Below, piece after piece: positions 45,055-55,312 of a stretch of 64,000 nt of DNA. How positions within the stretch are numbered: the first letter of the stretch is position 1; the number at the start of each line of letters is the position of its first letter. This stretch comes from an uncultured Streptomycetaceae bacterium (lineage in GTDB: Bacteria; Pseudomonadota; Gammaproteobacteria; Burkholderiales; SG8-41). Position numbers and translations under genes: made by a program. The stretch lies in contig CAZFRR010000176.1 of the NCBI GenBank assembly GCA_964521405.1, forward strand, positions 16,285-80,284, given 5' to 3'. The notes under the pieces were generated by a model, which saw nothing but the letters and a program-made list of their open reading frames with translations, did not search any database and had not been told where the DNA came from.

Positions 45055-46920
45055 ATGAACCGCTACTCCCTCTGGCAATACATTCTCATCGCTACCGCGG
45101 TGGTGTTCGGCTTCATCTACACCCTGCCCAACCTCTTCGGCGAGGTCCCGGCGGTGCAGGTTTCGCCGCTGCGGCCGGCGTTGAAGGCCGACACCGCCCT
45201 CATGGGCCGCATCGAGGAGACGCTCAAAAAGGGCGGTATCGCCGCCAACGGCGTGTTCATCGACTCGACCAGCGTCAAGGTCCGCCTGGCCGACACCGAT
45301 ACCCAGTTGAAGACCAAGGATCTGCTGCAGGCGCAACTGGGAGATGACTACGTCGTCGCGCTGAACCTGCTGTCCAATAGCCCGCGCTGGCTGGCTTCGA
45401 TCGGCGCGCTGCCGATGTACCTGGGTCTCGATCTCCGCGGCGGCGTGCATTTCCTGTTGCAGGTGGACATGAAGGCGGCCATTACCAAGAAAATGGAGGC
45501 CTACGGCAACGATATCCGCAACGGGCTGCGCGACAAGCGCATCCAGTACACCGGCGTCTCGCGCGATGGCCAGTCGGTCACGGTGCGGTTTCGCGACAAG
45601 GCGATGCGCGACAAGGGGCTGGCGGAAATCCAGCGCACCATCACCGATCTCGAGTTGAGGGAAGTGGATGACTCAGGCGGCGAATTCCGCATCGTCGGCT
45701 CGCTGAAACCCGAGGCGCAGAAAAAAACCCAGGACTTCGCGATCCAGCAGAACATCACCACGCTGCGCAACCGCGTCAACGAGCTGGGCGTGGCGGAGCC
45801 CATCATCCAGCAGCAGGGAAGCGACCGCGTGGTGGTGCAGCTCCCGGGCGTGCAGGACACCGCCAAGGCGAAGGACATCCTCGGCCGCACGGCGACGCTG
45901 GAAGTGCGGCTGGTGGATGACGACGCCACCAACAACCCGGCGGCGATCCAGGCCGCGATGTCGGGCCAGCTGCCGTTCGGGGACGAGCTCTACCTCGAGC
46001 GCGACGGCCGCCCGATCCTGGTGAAGCGGCAGATCGTGCTGACCGGCGACCGCATCAACGACGCCCAGCCGGGCTTCGACAACCAGACGGGCGAGCCGGC
46101 GGTGCACATCAGTCTCGACGGCACCGGCGCGCGCATCTTCCACCAGGTCACCCGCGAGAATGTCAACAAGCGCATGGCGATCCTGCTCTTCGAGAAGGGC
46201 AAGGGCGAAGTGGTGACCGCCCCGGTGATCCGCTCCGAGATACCGGGCGGCCGGGTGCAGATCAGCGGGCGGATGACGACGCAGGAGGCGCGCGACGTCT
46301 CCCTGCTGCTGCGCGCCGGCGCGCTCGCCGCGCCGATGGAAATCATCGAGGAGCGCACGGTGGGGCCGTCGCTCGGGGCGGAGAACATCCGCATCGGCTT
46401 CCAGTCCATGTGGATGGGATTTCTGGCCATAGCCCTGTTCATGATCGCTTACTACGCGCTGTTCGGCGCGATTTCAATCATCGCGCTGTCGGCGAACCTG
46501 CTGTTCCTGATCGCGCTCCTGTCCATGCTGCAGGCGACGCTGACGCTGCCGGGGATCGCGGCGATCGCGCTGGCGCTCGGCATGGCGATCGACGCCAACG
46601 TGCTGATCAACGAGCGCGTGCGCGAGGAGCTGCGCAACGGCAATTCGCCGCAGGCGGCGATTCACGCCGGCTACGAGCGGGCATGGGCGACGATTCTCGA
46701 CTCCAACGTGACCACGCTAATCGCGGGCATTGCGCTATTGGCGTTCGGCTCGGGACCCGTGAGGGGCTTTGCCGTGGTGCACTGCCTCGGCATACTGACT
46801 TCGATGTTCAGCGCGGTGATGGTCTCGCGCGGAATCGTCAACCTCTATTACGGCAGCCGCCGCCGGCTCGACAAGGTTTCCATCGGCCAGGTGTGGCGGC
46901 CAAATGCAGGAAAGACGTGA
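45055..46920 (+). CDS. secD: protein translocase subunit SecD
   Basis: MNRYSLWQYILI..., LGLDLRGGVHFLLQVD and C-terminal TM bundle motifs. Confidence 0.95.
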   Translation: MNRYSLWQYILIATAVVFGFIYTLPNLFGEVPAVQVSPLRPALKADTALMGRIEETLKKGGIAANGVFIDSTSVKVRLADTDTQLKTKDLLQAQLGDDYVVALNLLSNSPRWLASIGALPMYLGLDLRGGVHFLLQVDMKAAITKKMEAYGNDIRNGLRDKRIQYTGVSRDGQSVTVRFRDKAMRDKGLAEIQRTITDLELREVDDSGGEFRIVGSLKPEAQKKTQDFAIQQNITTLRNRVNELGVAEPIIQQQGSDRVVVQLPGVQDTAKAKDILGRTATLEVRLVDDDATNNPAAIQAAMSGQLPFGDELYLERDGRPILVKRQIVLTGDRINDAQPGFDNQTGEPAVHISLDGTGARIFHQVTRENVNKRMAILLFEKGKGEVVTAPVIRSEIPGGRVQISGRMTTQEARDVSLLLRAGALAAPMEIIEERTVGPSLGAENIRIGFQSMWMGFLAIALFMIAYYALFGAISIIALSANLLFLIALLSMLQATLTLPGIAAIALALGMAIDANVLINERVREELRNGNSPQAAIHAGYERAWATILDSNVTTLIAGIALLAFGSGPVRGFAVVHCLGILTSMFSAVMVSRGIVNLYYGSRRRLDKVSIGQVWRPNAGKT

Positions 46921-47074
46921 TTGAACCGCCAAGACGCCAAGACGCCATGACAACAATGCGAAAACATTCGATTCGATTTCATCCGGAATGCCTTGGCGCA
47001 AGGCGGCGCGGGACGACGCGCATCGCTTTCAATTCATTCCGGATTGCCTTGGCGTCTTGGCGTCTTGGCGGTTA
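46921..47074. repeat. inverted repeat with 8-nt-unit arms (CGCCAAGA x2-3) and TTGAACCGCC / GGCGGTTA termini
   Basis: ttgaaccgccaagacgccaagacgccat (starting the base after the secD TGA) pairs with gccttggcgtcttggcgtcttggcggtta. The spacer holds a partial extra right arm (tccggaatgccttggcg compared with tccggattgccttggcg). Confidence 0.9.
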
Positions 47075-47088
47075 GATAGGGTTTTATC

Positions 47089-48036
47089 ATGGAATTTTTC
47101 AGAATCAAGCGCGACATCCCGTTCATGCGCTACGCGCTGATCTTCAACGTGATCTCGCTCATCACGTTCCTGGTCGCGGTAGGCGCGCTCGCGACGCGCG
47201 GCCTGCACCTCGGCGTGGATTTCACCGGCGGCACGGTGATGGAGCTTTCCTACCAGCAGCCGCCGGACCTCAACCAGATCCGCGAGCGCATGGTGAAGGT
47301 CGGGTTCGCGGACCCGAGCGTGCAGAACTTCGGCACCTCGCGCGACGTGCTGGTCCGGCTGCCGGTCAAGGAGGGCCTGACCAGCGCCAAGCTGTCGGAA
47401 CTGGTCATGCAGGAATTGAAGCAGCTGGACGCCACCGCGGAGCTGCGGCGGGTCGAGTTCGTCGGCCCGCAGGTCGGCAAGGAACTGCTCGAGAACGGCG
47501 CGCTCGCGCTGCTGTTCGTCTCCATCGGCATCGTGCTCTACCTGTGGCTGCGCTTCGAGTGGAAATTCGGGGTCTCGGCAATCATCGCCAACCTGCACGA
47601 CATCGTGATCATTCTCGGCGTGTTCTCGATCTTCCAGTGGGAGTTCTCGCTGCCGGTGCTCGCGGCGGTGCTCGCGATCCTCGGCTACTCGGTGAACGAG
47701 TCGGTGGTTGTGATGGACCGGGTGCGCGAGAATTTCCGCAGCCGCCGCTTCCGCACCGCTTCCGTGCCGCAGGTGATCGACAACGCGATCACCGCGACCC
47801 TGTCGCGCACCATCATCACCCATTTCTGCACCCAGCTGATGGTGTGCTCGATGCTGATTTTCGGCGGCGAGACGCTGCATTATTTCGCGCTGGCGCTGAC
47901 CATCGGCATCTGCTTCGGCATCTATTCCTCGGTGCTGGTGGGCAGCCCGCTCCTGATGTGGCTCGGCCTGCGGCGCGAGGACCTGGCGCGGCCCGACGTC
48001 GAGAAGAAGGCCGGCGAGTCCGGCGCGGTGGTCTAA
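47089..48036 (+). CDS. secF: protein translocase subunit SecF
   Basis: GVDFTGGTVMEL, DIVIILGVFS and SVVVMDRVRENF. Confidence 0.95.
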   Translation: MEFFRIKRDIPFMRYALIFNVISLITFLVAVGALATRGLHLGVDFTGGTVMELSYQQPPDLNQIRERMVKVGFADPSVQNFGTSRDVLVRLPVKEGLTSAKLSELVMQELKQLDATAELRRVEFVGPQVGKELLENGALALLFVSIGIVLYLWLRFEWKFGVSAIIANLHDIVIILGVFSIFQWEFSLPVLAAVLAILGYSVNESVVVMDRVRENFRSRRFRTASVPQVIDNAITATLSRTIITHFCTQLMVCSMLIFGGETLHYFALALTIGICFGIYSSVLVGSPLLMWLGLRREDLARPDVEKKAGESGAVV

Positions 48037-48076
48037 TCTGCGGTTCCATTCAGGCTGTTCTTAGGGAAGCGCGCTC

Positions 48077-48721
48077 GTGGAGTTTTTCGCCGCTTTCGCT
48101 GACCTCGTTCTCCACCTCGACCGCCACCTGCAGTGGCTGGTCGAAAACTACGGCGCATGGATCTACGCGATCCTGTTCCTGATCATCTTCTGCGAAACCG
48201 GGCTGGTGGTGACGCCGTTCCTGCCGGGGGACTCGCTGCTGTTCGTGGCCGGCACGCTCGCCGCGGCCGGCGACATGTACGTGCACGGACTCTTCGCCGC
48301 GCTCGCCTGCGCTTCCTTCCTGGGCGACAACACCAACTACTGGATCGGGCGCTACGCCGGGCCGCGGGTATTCTCGCGCGAGGGCTCGCGGTTGCTGAAC
48401 CCGGCCCACCTCGAGCGCACGCAGCGCTTTTACGATAAATACGGCGCGAACACGATATTCTTCGCGCGCTTCATGCCGATCGTCCGCACCTTTGCGCCCT
48501 TCGTCGCGGGCATCGGGCGCATGCGGTATTCCCGCTTCCTGTTCTACAGCTTCTCGGGCAGCATCGCCTGGGTCGGCTCGCTGACTTATGCCGGCTACTA
48601 CTTCGGCACCGTGCCGGTGGTCAAGCAGAACCTCACGCTGGTGATCGTGGTTATCGTCCTGATCTCGATCCTGCCCGGTATCATCGAATACTTCCGCCAC
48701 CGCAACAGCCGGAAGGCGTGA
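48077..48721 (+). CDS. DedA-family (VTT domain) membrane protein
   Basis: LFLIIFCETGLVVTPFLPGDSLLF and GRF(M)PIVRTFAPFVAG motifs. GTG start. Confidence 0.8.
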   Translation: MEFFAAFADLVLHLDRHLQWLVENYGAWIYAILFLIIFCETGLVVTPFLPGDSLLFVAGTLAAAGDMYVHGLFAALACASFLGDNTNYWIGRYAGPRVFSREGSRLLNPAHLERTQRFYDKYGANTIFFARFMPIVRTFAPFVAGIGRMRYSRFLFYSFSGSIAWVGSLTYAGYYFGTVPVVKQNLTLVIVVIVLISILPGIIEYFRHRNSRKA

Positions 48722-48838
48722 CTCGTCTCTCGTTTTTCGTTACTCGTCCGATGCGATGAAGCCCGGCCCGTTGTTCCTGCCGAGGAACCATTCAAGAGTC
48801 ACCGGCAGCCAGTCACGAGCAACGAGCAACGAGTCACC
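48719..48838. repeat. inverted heptamer arrays (NNCTCGT-type x4 / ACGAGNN-type x4)
   Basis: tgactcgtctctcgtttttcgttactcgtcc pairs with agtcacgagcaacgagcaacgagtcacc. The left arm begins on the dedA TGA. Confidence 0.85.
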
Positions 48839-48849
48839 TCTTATCCAGG

Positions 48850-49911
48850 CTATTCCGGCTTGAGGCCTGCGTCGCTGATCACCTTGCGCCAGCGTGCGGT
48901 TTCCTCCCGGATGAGCCGGGCGAAAGCCTCGGGAGTGAGCGCGCCGGGTTCGAAGGCCTGCTCGGCCAGCGCCTCGCGCAGTTCGGCAGAACCCAGAACG
49001 GAATTCAGCTCGCGGTTGAGCCGCGCGATCACCGTGCCGGGCGTGCGCGCCGGAACGAACACGCCTACCCATAGCGAGGTCTGATAGCCCGGAAACCCCG
49101 ATTCCGCGATGGTCGGCGTCTGGGGGAGCGCGGATAACCGTTGCGGGCTGGTGACGCCGATCGCGCGCAGCTTGCCGGCTCTTACGTGCGGCAACGAGGC
49201 CGCGATGGTGCTGATATTCAACTGGATGCGGCCCGCCAGCAGGTCGATCAACGCGAGGTTGGATCCCTTGTAGGGCACGTGCACCATGTCGATCCCGGCC
49301 GCCTTCTTGAGGAGTTCGCCCGAGAGATGCCCGACGCTGAAGTTGCCGACGGAGGCATAGAGCAGTTTGCCGGGATTGGCGCGGGCGTAGGCGACGAACT
49401 CCCTGACGTTGGATGCCGGCAGCGCGGGATTCACGGTCAGGAAATAGGGCGAGTCACCCAGCAGCGCGACCGGCGAGAAATCCCTGACCGGGTCGTAGCC
49501 CAGCTTGGGGTTCAGGATGTGGGCAAGGGCGTGGGTCGTCGTCGTGCCGAGCCCCCACGTATAGCCGTCGGGCGCGGCGCGTGCCACCGTTTCCACGCCG
49601 ATCGTGCCGCTCGCGCCGGACCGGTTGTCGACCACGATGGGCTGGCCGAGGCGCTCGCCCGCCCGCAGCGCGACGAGCCGCGCCACGACGTCGGTGGTCG
49701 TTCCCGGCGGAAAAGGGACGACGAAGCGGACCGGCCGTGATGGAAACGCCGGCTCTGCGGCATGCACCGCGCCCAACATCCACAACTGAACCGCCAAGAC
49801 GCCAAGCCCGCCAAGGAAAGCAGAATAGAACCGGATTGAAAAGACTCCACACGTTCTCAAGCCTTCTGCATTGTCGCTACTGGCTGAAATAGTGTAATTC
49901 ACGAAAATCAT
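48850..49911 (-). CDS. Bug/TctC-family tripartite tricarboxylate transporter substrate-binding protein (start uncertain)
   Basis: RPVRFVVPFPPGTTTDVVARL..VVDNRSGASGTIG are Bug-family blocks. The only plausible signal peptide (SIRFYSAFLGGLGVLAVQLWMLGAVHA) is encoded by the repeat arm at 49787-49821. Confidence 0.75.
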   Translation of the reverse strand: MIFVNYTISASSDNAEGLRTCGVFSIRFYSAFLGGLGVLAVQLWMLGAVHAAEPAFPSRPVRFVVPFPPGTTTDVVARLVALRAGERLGQPIVVDNRSGASGTIGVETVARAAPDGYTWGLGTTTTHALAHILNPKLGYDPVRDFSPVALLGDSPYFLTVNPALPASNVREFVAYARANPGKLLYASVGNFSVGHLSGELLKKAAGIDMVHVPYKGSNLALIDLLAGRIQLNISTIAASLPHVRAGKLRAIGVTSPQRLSALPQTPTIAESGFPGYQTSLWVGVFVPARTPGTVIARLNRELNSVLGSAELREALAEQAFEPGALTPEAFARLIREETARWRKVISDAGLKPE

Positions 49912-49949
49912 TTTGAATTCTTGGTGGTCTTGGCGGCCTTGGCGGTTGA
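49787..49949. repeat. inverted repeat with 8-nt-unit arms (TGAACCGCCAAGACGCCAAGCCCGCCAAGG / TTCTTGGTGGTCTTGGCGGCCTTGGCGGTTGA)
   Basis: Left arm 49787-49821, right arm 49918-49949. The spacer is AT-rich and contains the ATG at 49911. Confidence 0.85.
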
Positions 49950-49950
49950 T

Positions 49951-51090
49951 TTAGCGGCGCAGCGCGCGGTCGAGACCGAGCAGCAGCTCCTCGAAATCGT
50001 CGAGCGAATTGTAGCGCGGCGCCGCGGCGAGATGCGGCGTGACGATCGCGTTGCGGAAACCGAGCAGCGGGTCATCGGCGCGTCCCGGCGCGTCGTAATG
50101 GGGATCGAGGCCGAAGCCGCCGAGCCGGCCAGAGCGCAGCGCCTCGAGCAAGGCCTCGCGCTCCACCAGCGGCGGGCGCGAGATGTTGATGAGGATCGCG
50201 CCCGGCCTGATGAGCCCGAGTTCGCGCCGGCCGATGATGCCGCGCGTGGCGTCGCTGAACGGCAGGTGCAGGCTCACGAAGTCGCTCGTTGCCAGCAGCT
50301 CGTCAAGCGGAGCGTAGGCCGCGCCGAAACGCGTCTCCTCCAGCTTCGCGAGCTGGCGGCGCTGGGTGTAGACGATGCGCATGCCGAACGCTGCGGCGCG
50401 AAGCGCCACCTCGCGCCCGATCTCGCCGAAGCCGACGATGCCGATTTGTCTGCCGAACAGGTTGCGCGTGCCGGTGATGCGCGCCCAGTTCGCGTTGGCC
50501 GTGTGCTCGCGGTCGTACTTTGTGGGGGAAAAACCTGCCGCCTGCAGCTGCTCGACGCTGATGAGGCCCGCCGTCTCGTGGATCTTGCGCGCCAGGGCCA
50601 GCATCAGCCCGAACGCGTGCTCCGCGCAGGAAATGTTGGCGCGGCGCCGCAGGGTGAGAACCCGGATGCCGGCCCGGCGGCAGGCGGCGGCATCGATGCC
50701 CGACAGCACGGTACCGTATTTCTGAACGATGCGCAGCGTCTTGCCCGCGGCGGCGATCTCCTGTCTTCCGATGGTGAGCGATTCCGTGACCACGGCGGTG
50801 GCGCCGGGCAGAGCAGTGAGCAGCCCGGCCTGGTCCGTGACCAGACGCACCTCGGCGGGGTAGAGGCGCTTCAACCGCGCCCGCAGGCGAGCGCACCAGC
50901 CGGCGAAATCCGGCTCCTCGTGCGCGAAGAAGTGGGAAAACGCCGCCAGCCGCGCAGCGGGTGTCGCGGGGTCCAGGATCACCTGGATCAGGCGGGGGAA
51001 GGGGTCGTCTTCGACGACGACCACTGGTCGTCGCCCGTTGTTCGTTTCTCGTTTCTCGTTTCTCGCAAGCGGTTTCTTGCTTCTGTTCAT
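49951..51090 (-). CDS. D-isomer-specific 2-hydroxyacid dehydrogenase family protein
   Basis: NAD fold IGIVGFGEIGREVA, plus RGIIG..ILINISRPPLVEREALLEAL and DPH (catalytic His region). The N-terminal 15 codons are repeat-encoded. Confidence 0.8.
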   Translation of the reverse strand: MNRSKKPLARNEKRETNNGRRPVVVVEDDPFPRLIQVILDPATPAARLAAFSHFFAHEEPDFAGWCARLRARLKRLYPAEVRLVTDQAGLLTALPGATAVVTESLTIGRQEIAAAGKTLRIVQKYGTVLSGIDAAACRRAGIRVLTLRRRANISCAEHAFGLMLALARKIHETAGLISVEQLQAAGFSPTKYDREHTANANWARITGTRNLFGRQIGIVGFGEIGREVALRAAAFGMRIVYTQRRQLAKLEETRFGAAYAPLDELLATSDFVSLHLPFSDATRGIIGRRELGLIRPGAILINISRPPLVEREALLEALRSGRLGGFGLDPHYDAPGRADDPLLGFRNAIVTPHLAAAPRYNSLDDFEELLLGLDRALRR

Positions 51091-51156
51091 CGCGCTTGCC
51101 TTTAAGCGTTCCTGGTCACGAGCAACGAGTAACGAGAAACGAGCAACGAGTCACGC
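51036..51156. repeat. inverted heptamer arrays (CGTTKYT x4 / ACGAGNA x5) enclosing a start codon
   Basis: Left arm 51036-51066 lies inside the 5' end of the dehydrogenase ORF. Right arm 51116-51154 overlaps the stop of the AhpD-like gene. The ATG at 51090 sits in the spacer. Confidence 0.85.
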
Positions 51157-51681
51157 CTTATCAGGCTGAATGTCGAGCGCCCTCAGCAATCGCGCTTGCA
51201 TGTTGTAGGCGCCGGTCAACACCGTCAGTTCCAGTATTTCGCGCTCGCTGTAGTGCTGGCGCATCGCGTCGAATACGGCGTCCGCAACGGCGACGTCCTG
51301 CGTCATGGCATCGACGTATGCCAGCAGCGCGCTCTCCTTGTCGCCGTAGACGCCGGACTTGCGCCAGTCGCGCAGGGCTTCGACCTCGCGCGGCGCGATG
51401 CCGGCCGGGCCCGCGTACTGCGCTTCGTGGACTTTCCACACGTAGTCGCAGCCGGTCAAGGCGGCGACCCGCATGATGACGAGCTCCCGCGTCCGGTCGC
51501 CGAGGCCGGTCTGGAAACGCACCGCGTTGTTGTAATCGAACCACGCCGAGGCGAGGGTGGGCGTGTGGAGGAGCGCCTTGTAGAAAACATGCAGCTGGCC
51601 CCCGCGCGCACCGCGGATTTTCTTTGCGATCGCGGCGATCTCGGGCGTGGCGTTTTCGTCGATGAGGGAGATGCGGGCCAT
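51151..51681 (-). CDS. carboxymuconolactone decarboxylase / AhpD-like family protein
   Basis: Size and helix-rich CMD-like sequence, with RELVIMRVAALTGCDYVWKVH (CxxW/H-type region). Confidence 0.7.
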   Translation of the reverse strand: MARISLIDENATPEIAAIAKKIRGARGGQLHVFYKALLHTPTLASAWFDYNNAVRFQTGLGDRTRELVIMRVAALTGCDYVWKVHEAQYAGPAGIAPREVEALRDWRKSGVYGDKESALLAYVDAMTQDVAVADAVFDAMRQHYSEREILELTVLTGAYNMQARLLRALDIQPDKA

Positions 51682-51695
51682 ATGCTTGATGAGGC

Positions 51696-51785
51696 GTGAC
51701 TCGTGACTCGTTACTCGTTCTTCGTTATTCGTGTCTGGCGACTCGTGGGTGGATACCAGGAACGAGAAACGAGCAACGAGTCACG
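51696..51785. repeat. inverted heptamer arrays (GTKACTC-type x7 / ACGAGNA x4)
   Basis: gtgactc gtgactc gttactc gttcttc gttattc gtgtctg gcgactc pairs with ggaacgagaaacgagcaacgagtcacg. Confidence 0.85.
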
Positions 51786-51804
51786 GCGCGGTGGATCGGG
51801 ACGC

Positions 51805-53208
<1,404 letters not shown>

Positions 53209-53313
53209 TTACCACGCGGACCTTATCCGATTCATGGCCGCCATGTTCGGCTACAATCGCGTCACCCGGCCGGCGCGTTTCATGCGCGGACCCCGGAGTG
53301 AAAGAGGCTCATC

Positions 53314-54312
53314 ATGAAGCGGCAAATTCGGTGCGGGTGGCTCGCGCGAACCGTCCTGGTGTGCTGCATCTCGGCACTGGGTGCGGCGCAAGCGCCCGCT
53401 CAAACGTGGAGACCGGACAAGAACGTCGAGCTCATCATTCCGGGCGGCGCAGGGGGTGGCCAGGACCGCACCGCTCGCATCATGCAAAAAATCATGCTGG
53501 ACGGCCTCGTGCCCACCACCGTCACGGTAGTCAACCGGCCCGGCGGCGGCAGCAATCTTGCCTACATCCACTTGAACCAGTTCGCGGGGGACGGGCATTA
53601 CCTCGCGTCGGCGACGGCGACGCTCCTGACCAACTACCTACTGGGCACGAGCCCGCTCAATTACACGCATTTCACCCCCGTCAGCGTCCTCTACGGCGAG
53701 TACATCGGCTTCGCGGTGAGGGCCGACGGCCCGTTCAAGAGCGGCAGGGACATCATCGAGCGGATGAAGTCCGCGCCGGATTCAGTGTCGTTTGCTTTCG
53801 GCACCAGCGCCGGCAACGCCAACCACATCGGCATTGCATTGGTGTTGAAAGCGGCCGGTGTCGACCCCGCCCGGATGAAGACGGTGATCTTCAAGGCCTC
53901 GATCGAGGCCGCCAGCGCGCTGATGGGCGGGCACGTGGACGTGGTGGCGACGCCGATGTCCACCTATCTGCCGGTGCTGGGCACCGGCAAGCTGCGGATC
54001 GTCGCGATCGCCGCGCCGCAGCGCGTCGGCGGCAAGTTCGCCGACGTCCCGACCTGGAAGGAGCAAGACTATGACGCGGTGATGCCGAGCTTCCGCATGT
54101 TCATCGGCGCCAAGGGTCTCGACGCGCGGCAATTGCGCTACTGGGACGGCGTATTTGCCAAGCTCGCCGCCAGCGAGGAATGGAAGAAGGAGCTGGCCGC
54201 CAACGAGTGGCAAGGCTCGTACCTGAACAGCGCCGACAGCCTGCGTTACCTCGATGTCCAGGCGCAGTCCTACCGCAAGGTGCTGGCCGAGCTCGGGTTG
54301 GTAAAAAAATGA
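53314..54312 (+). CDS. Bug/TctC-family substrate-binding protein
   Basis: Signal peptide, then ELIIPGGAGGGQDRTAR..VVNRPGGGSNL. Confidence 0.85.
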   Translation: MKRQIRCGWLARTVLVCCISALGAAQAPAQTWRPDKNVELIIPGGAGGGQDRTARIMQKIMLDGLVPTTVTVVNRPGGGSNLAYIHLNQFAGDGHYLASATATLLTNYLLGTSPLNYTHFTPVSVLYGEYIGFAVRADGPFKSGRDIIERMKSAPDSVSFAFGTSAGNANHIGIALVLKAAGVDPARMKTVIFKASIEAASALMGGHVDVVATPMSTYLPVLGTGKLRIVAIAAPQRVGGKFADVPTWKEQDYDAVMPSFRMFIGAKGLDARQLRYWDGVFAKLAASEEWKKELAANEWQGSYLNSADSLRYLDVQAQSYRKVLAELGLVKK

Positions 54313-54346
54313 CCGCGCCCAATTTTAAGCCTGATTACGTCGGTCG

Positions 54347-54484
54347 TTAACCGCGGAGGCGCAGAGACGCAGAGGTAACGCATCGAAAATCGATGAAACG
54401 ACGACTCAACGGATTGGGGAATCACAGAAGTTTTGAAAGTTGTAGAAATTTATGTTCTCCGCGTCTCAGCGCCTCCGCGGTTCA
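54347..54484. repeat. inverted repeat with 8-nt-unit arms (CGCRGAGR) and TTAACCGCGG / CCGCGGTTCA termini
   Basis: ttaaccgcggaggcgcagagacgcagaggtaacgc pairs with ttctccgcgtctcagcgcctccgcggttca. Confidence 0.85.
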
Positions 54485-54501
54485 TTTTTCAGGTTAAGGG
54501 C

Positions 54502-55200
54502 TCAAGTGGTATGGCGCTTGAGCAGATCGGTGTACTGCCGCGCGCCGCGAGCGATGATGTTGGTGGTGCGGACGTTCAGCCAGCGCACGCCGTTCGACAG
54601 CAGCCACGGCATGCGCTGCTCCCAGTTGGTGAGAACGTTGAGGCCGGCGGTCTTGCCGCCCTTGACGACCCGCGCGATCGCTTTTTCGAGCATCGCGGTG
54701 ACTTCCGGGTGTTCCGGCTGGCCCGGGAAACCCATGGCCAGCGCCACGTCGTTGACTCCGATGTTGATCACGTCGACGCCGGGCACCGCGGCGATCTCGT
54801 CTATCCTCTCGATTGCAGCCGGCGTCTCGACCATGATGATGACGATCTTGTCGGCGTGGTCCTTGGGCCGCGCGTAGCGAACGATGTCGACCATCCTGCG
54901 CGCGGTCGCCCCGTCCTCGACGTGCGGCACCATGATGCCGTCCACGCCGCAGTCGAAATAGCGCGTGATCAGCCCCGCGTCGTTCAACCACGGGCGCGCC
55001 ACCGAGGCGATGCCCGCCAGCCGCGCCGCGCGCGTCATCTCCTCGATACGCTCGAAATCGTAGCTCATGCGCTCGGCGTCTATCCACACCACGTCCAGGC
55101 CAAGCCCGCCCAGGAACTCGACCAGGCGCGGCGAGGTGAAATCCGGATTGAACATCGTGACCACCTGGCCGGCGGCCAGCTTCTGCTTGATCCTGTTCAT
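54502..55200 (-). CDS. HpcH/HpaI-family aldolase / citrate-lyase-beta-like protein
   Basis: LGLDVVWIDAE(R) and MVETPAAIERIDEIAAVPGVDVINIGVNDV are family blocks. Start at MNRIKQKL. Confidence 0.8.
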   Translation of the reverse strand: MNRIKQKLAAGQVVTMFNPDFTSPRLVEFLGGLGLDVVWIDAERMSYDFERIEEMTRAARLAGIASVARPWLNDAGLITRYFDCGVDGIMVPHVEDGATARRMVDIVRYARPKDHADKIVIIMVETPAAIERIDEIAAVPGVDVINIGVNDVALAMGFPGQPEHPEVTAMLEKAIARVVKGGKTAGLNVLTNWEQRMPWLLSNGVRWLNVRTTNIIARGARQYTDLLKRHTT

Positions 55201-55312
55201 TGTCGCTCCCGGTTCATTTGCGGCATTATAGGCAGCTCCGGCCCGGCGCATCGTCACCGACCAGAGTACGGACTCCGGGAATCGTCCAAATCAACACAAG
55301 GGAAAATGCCTC

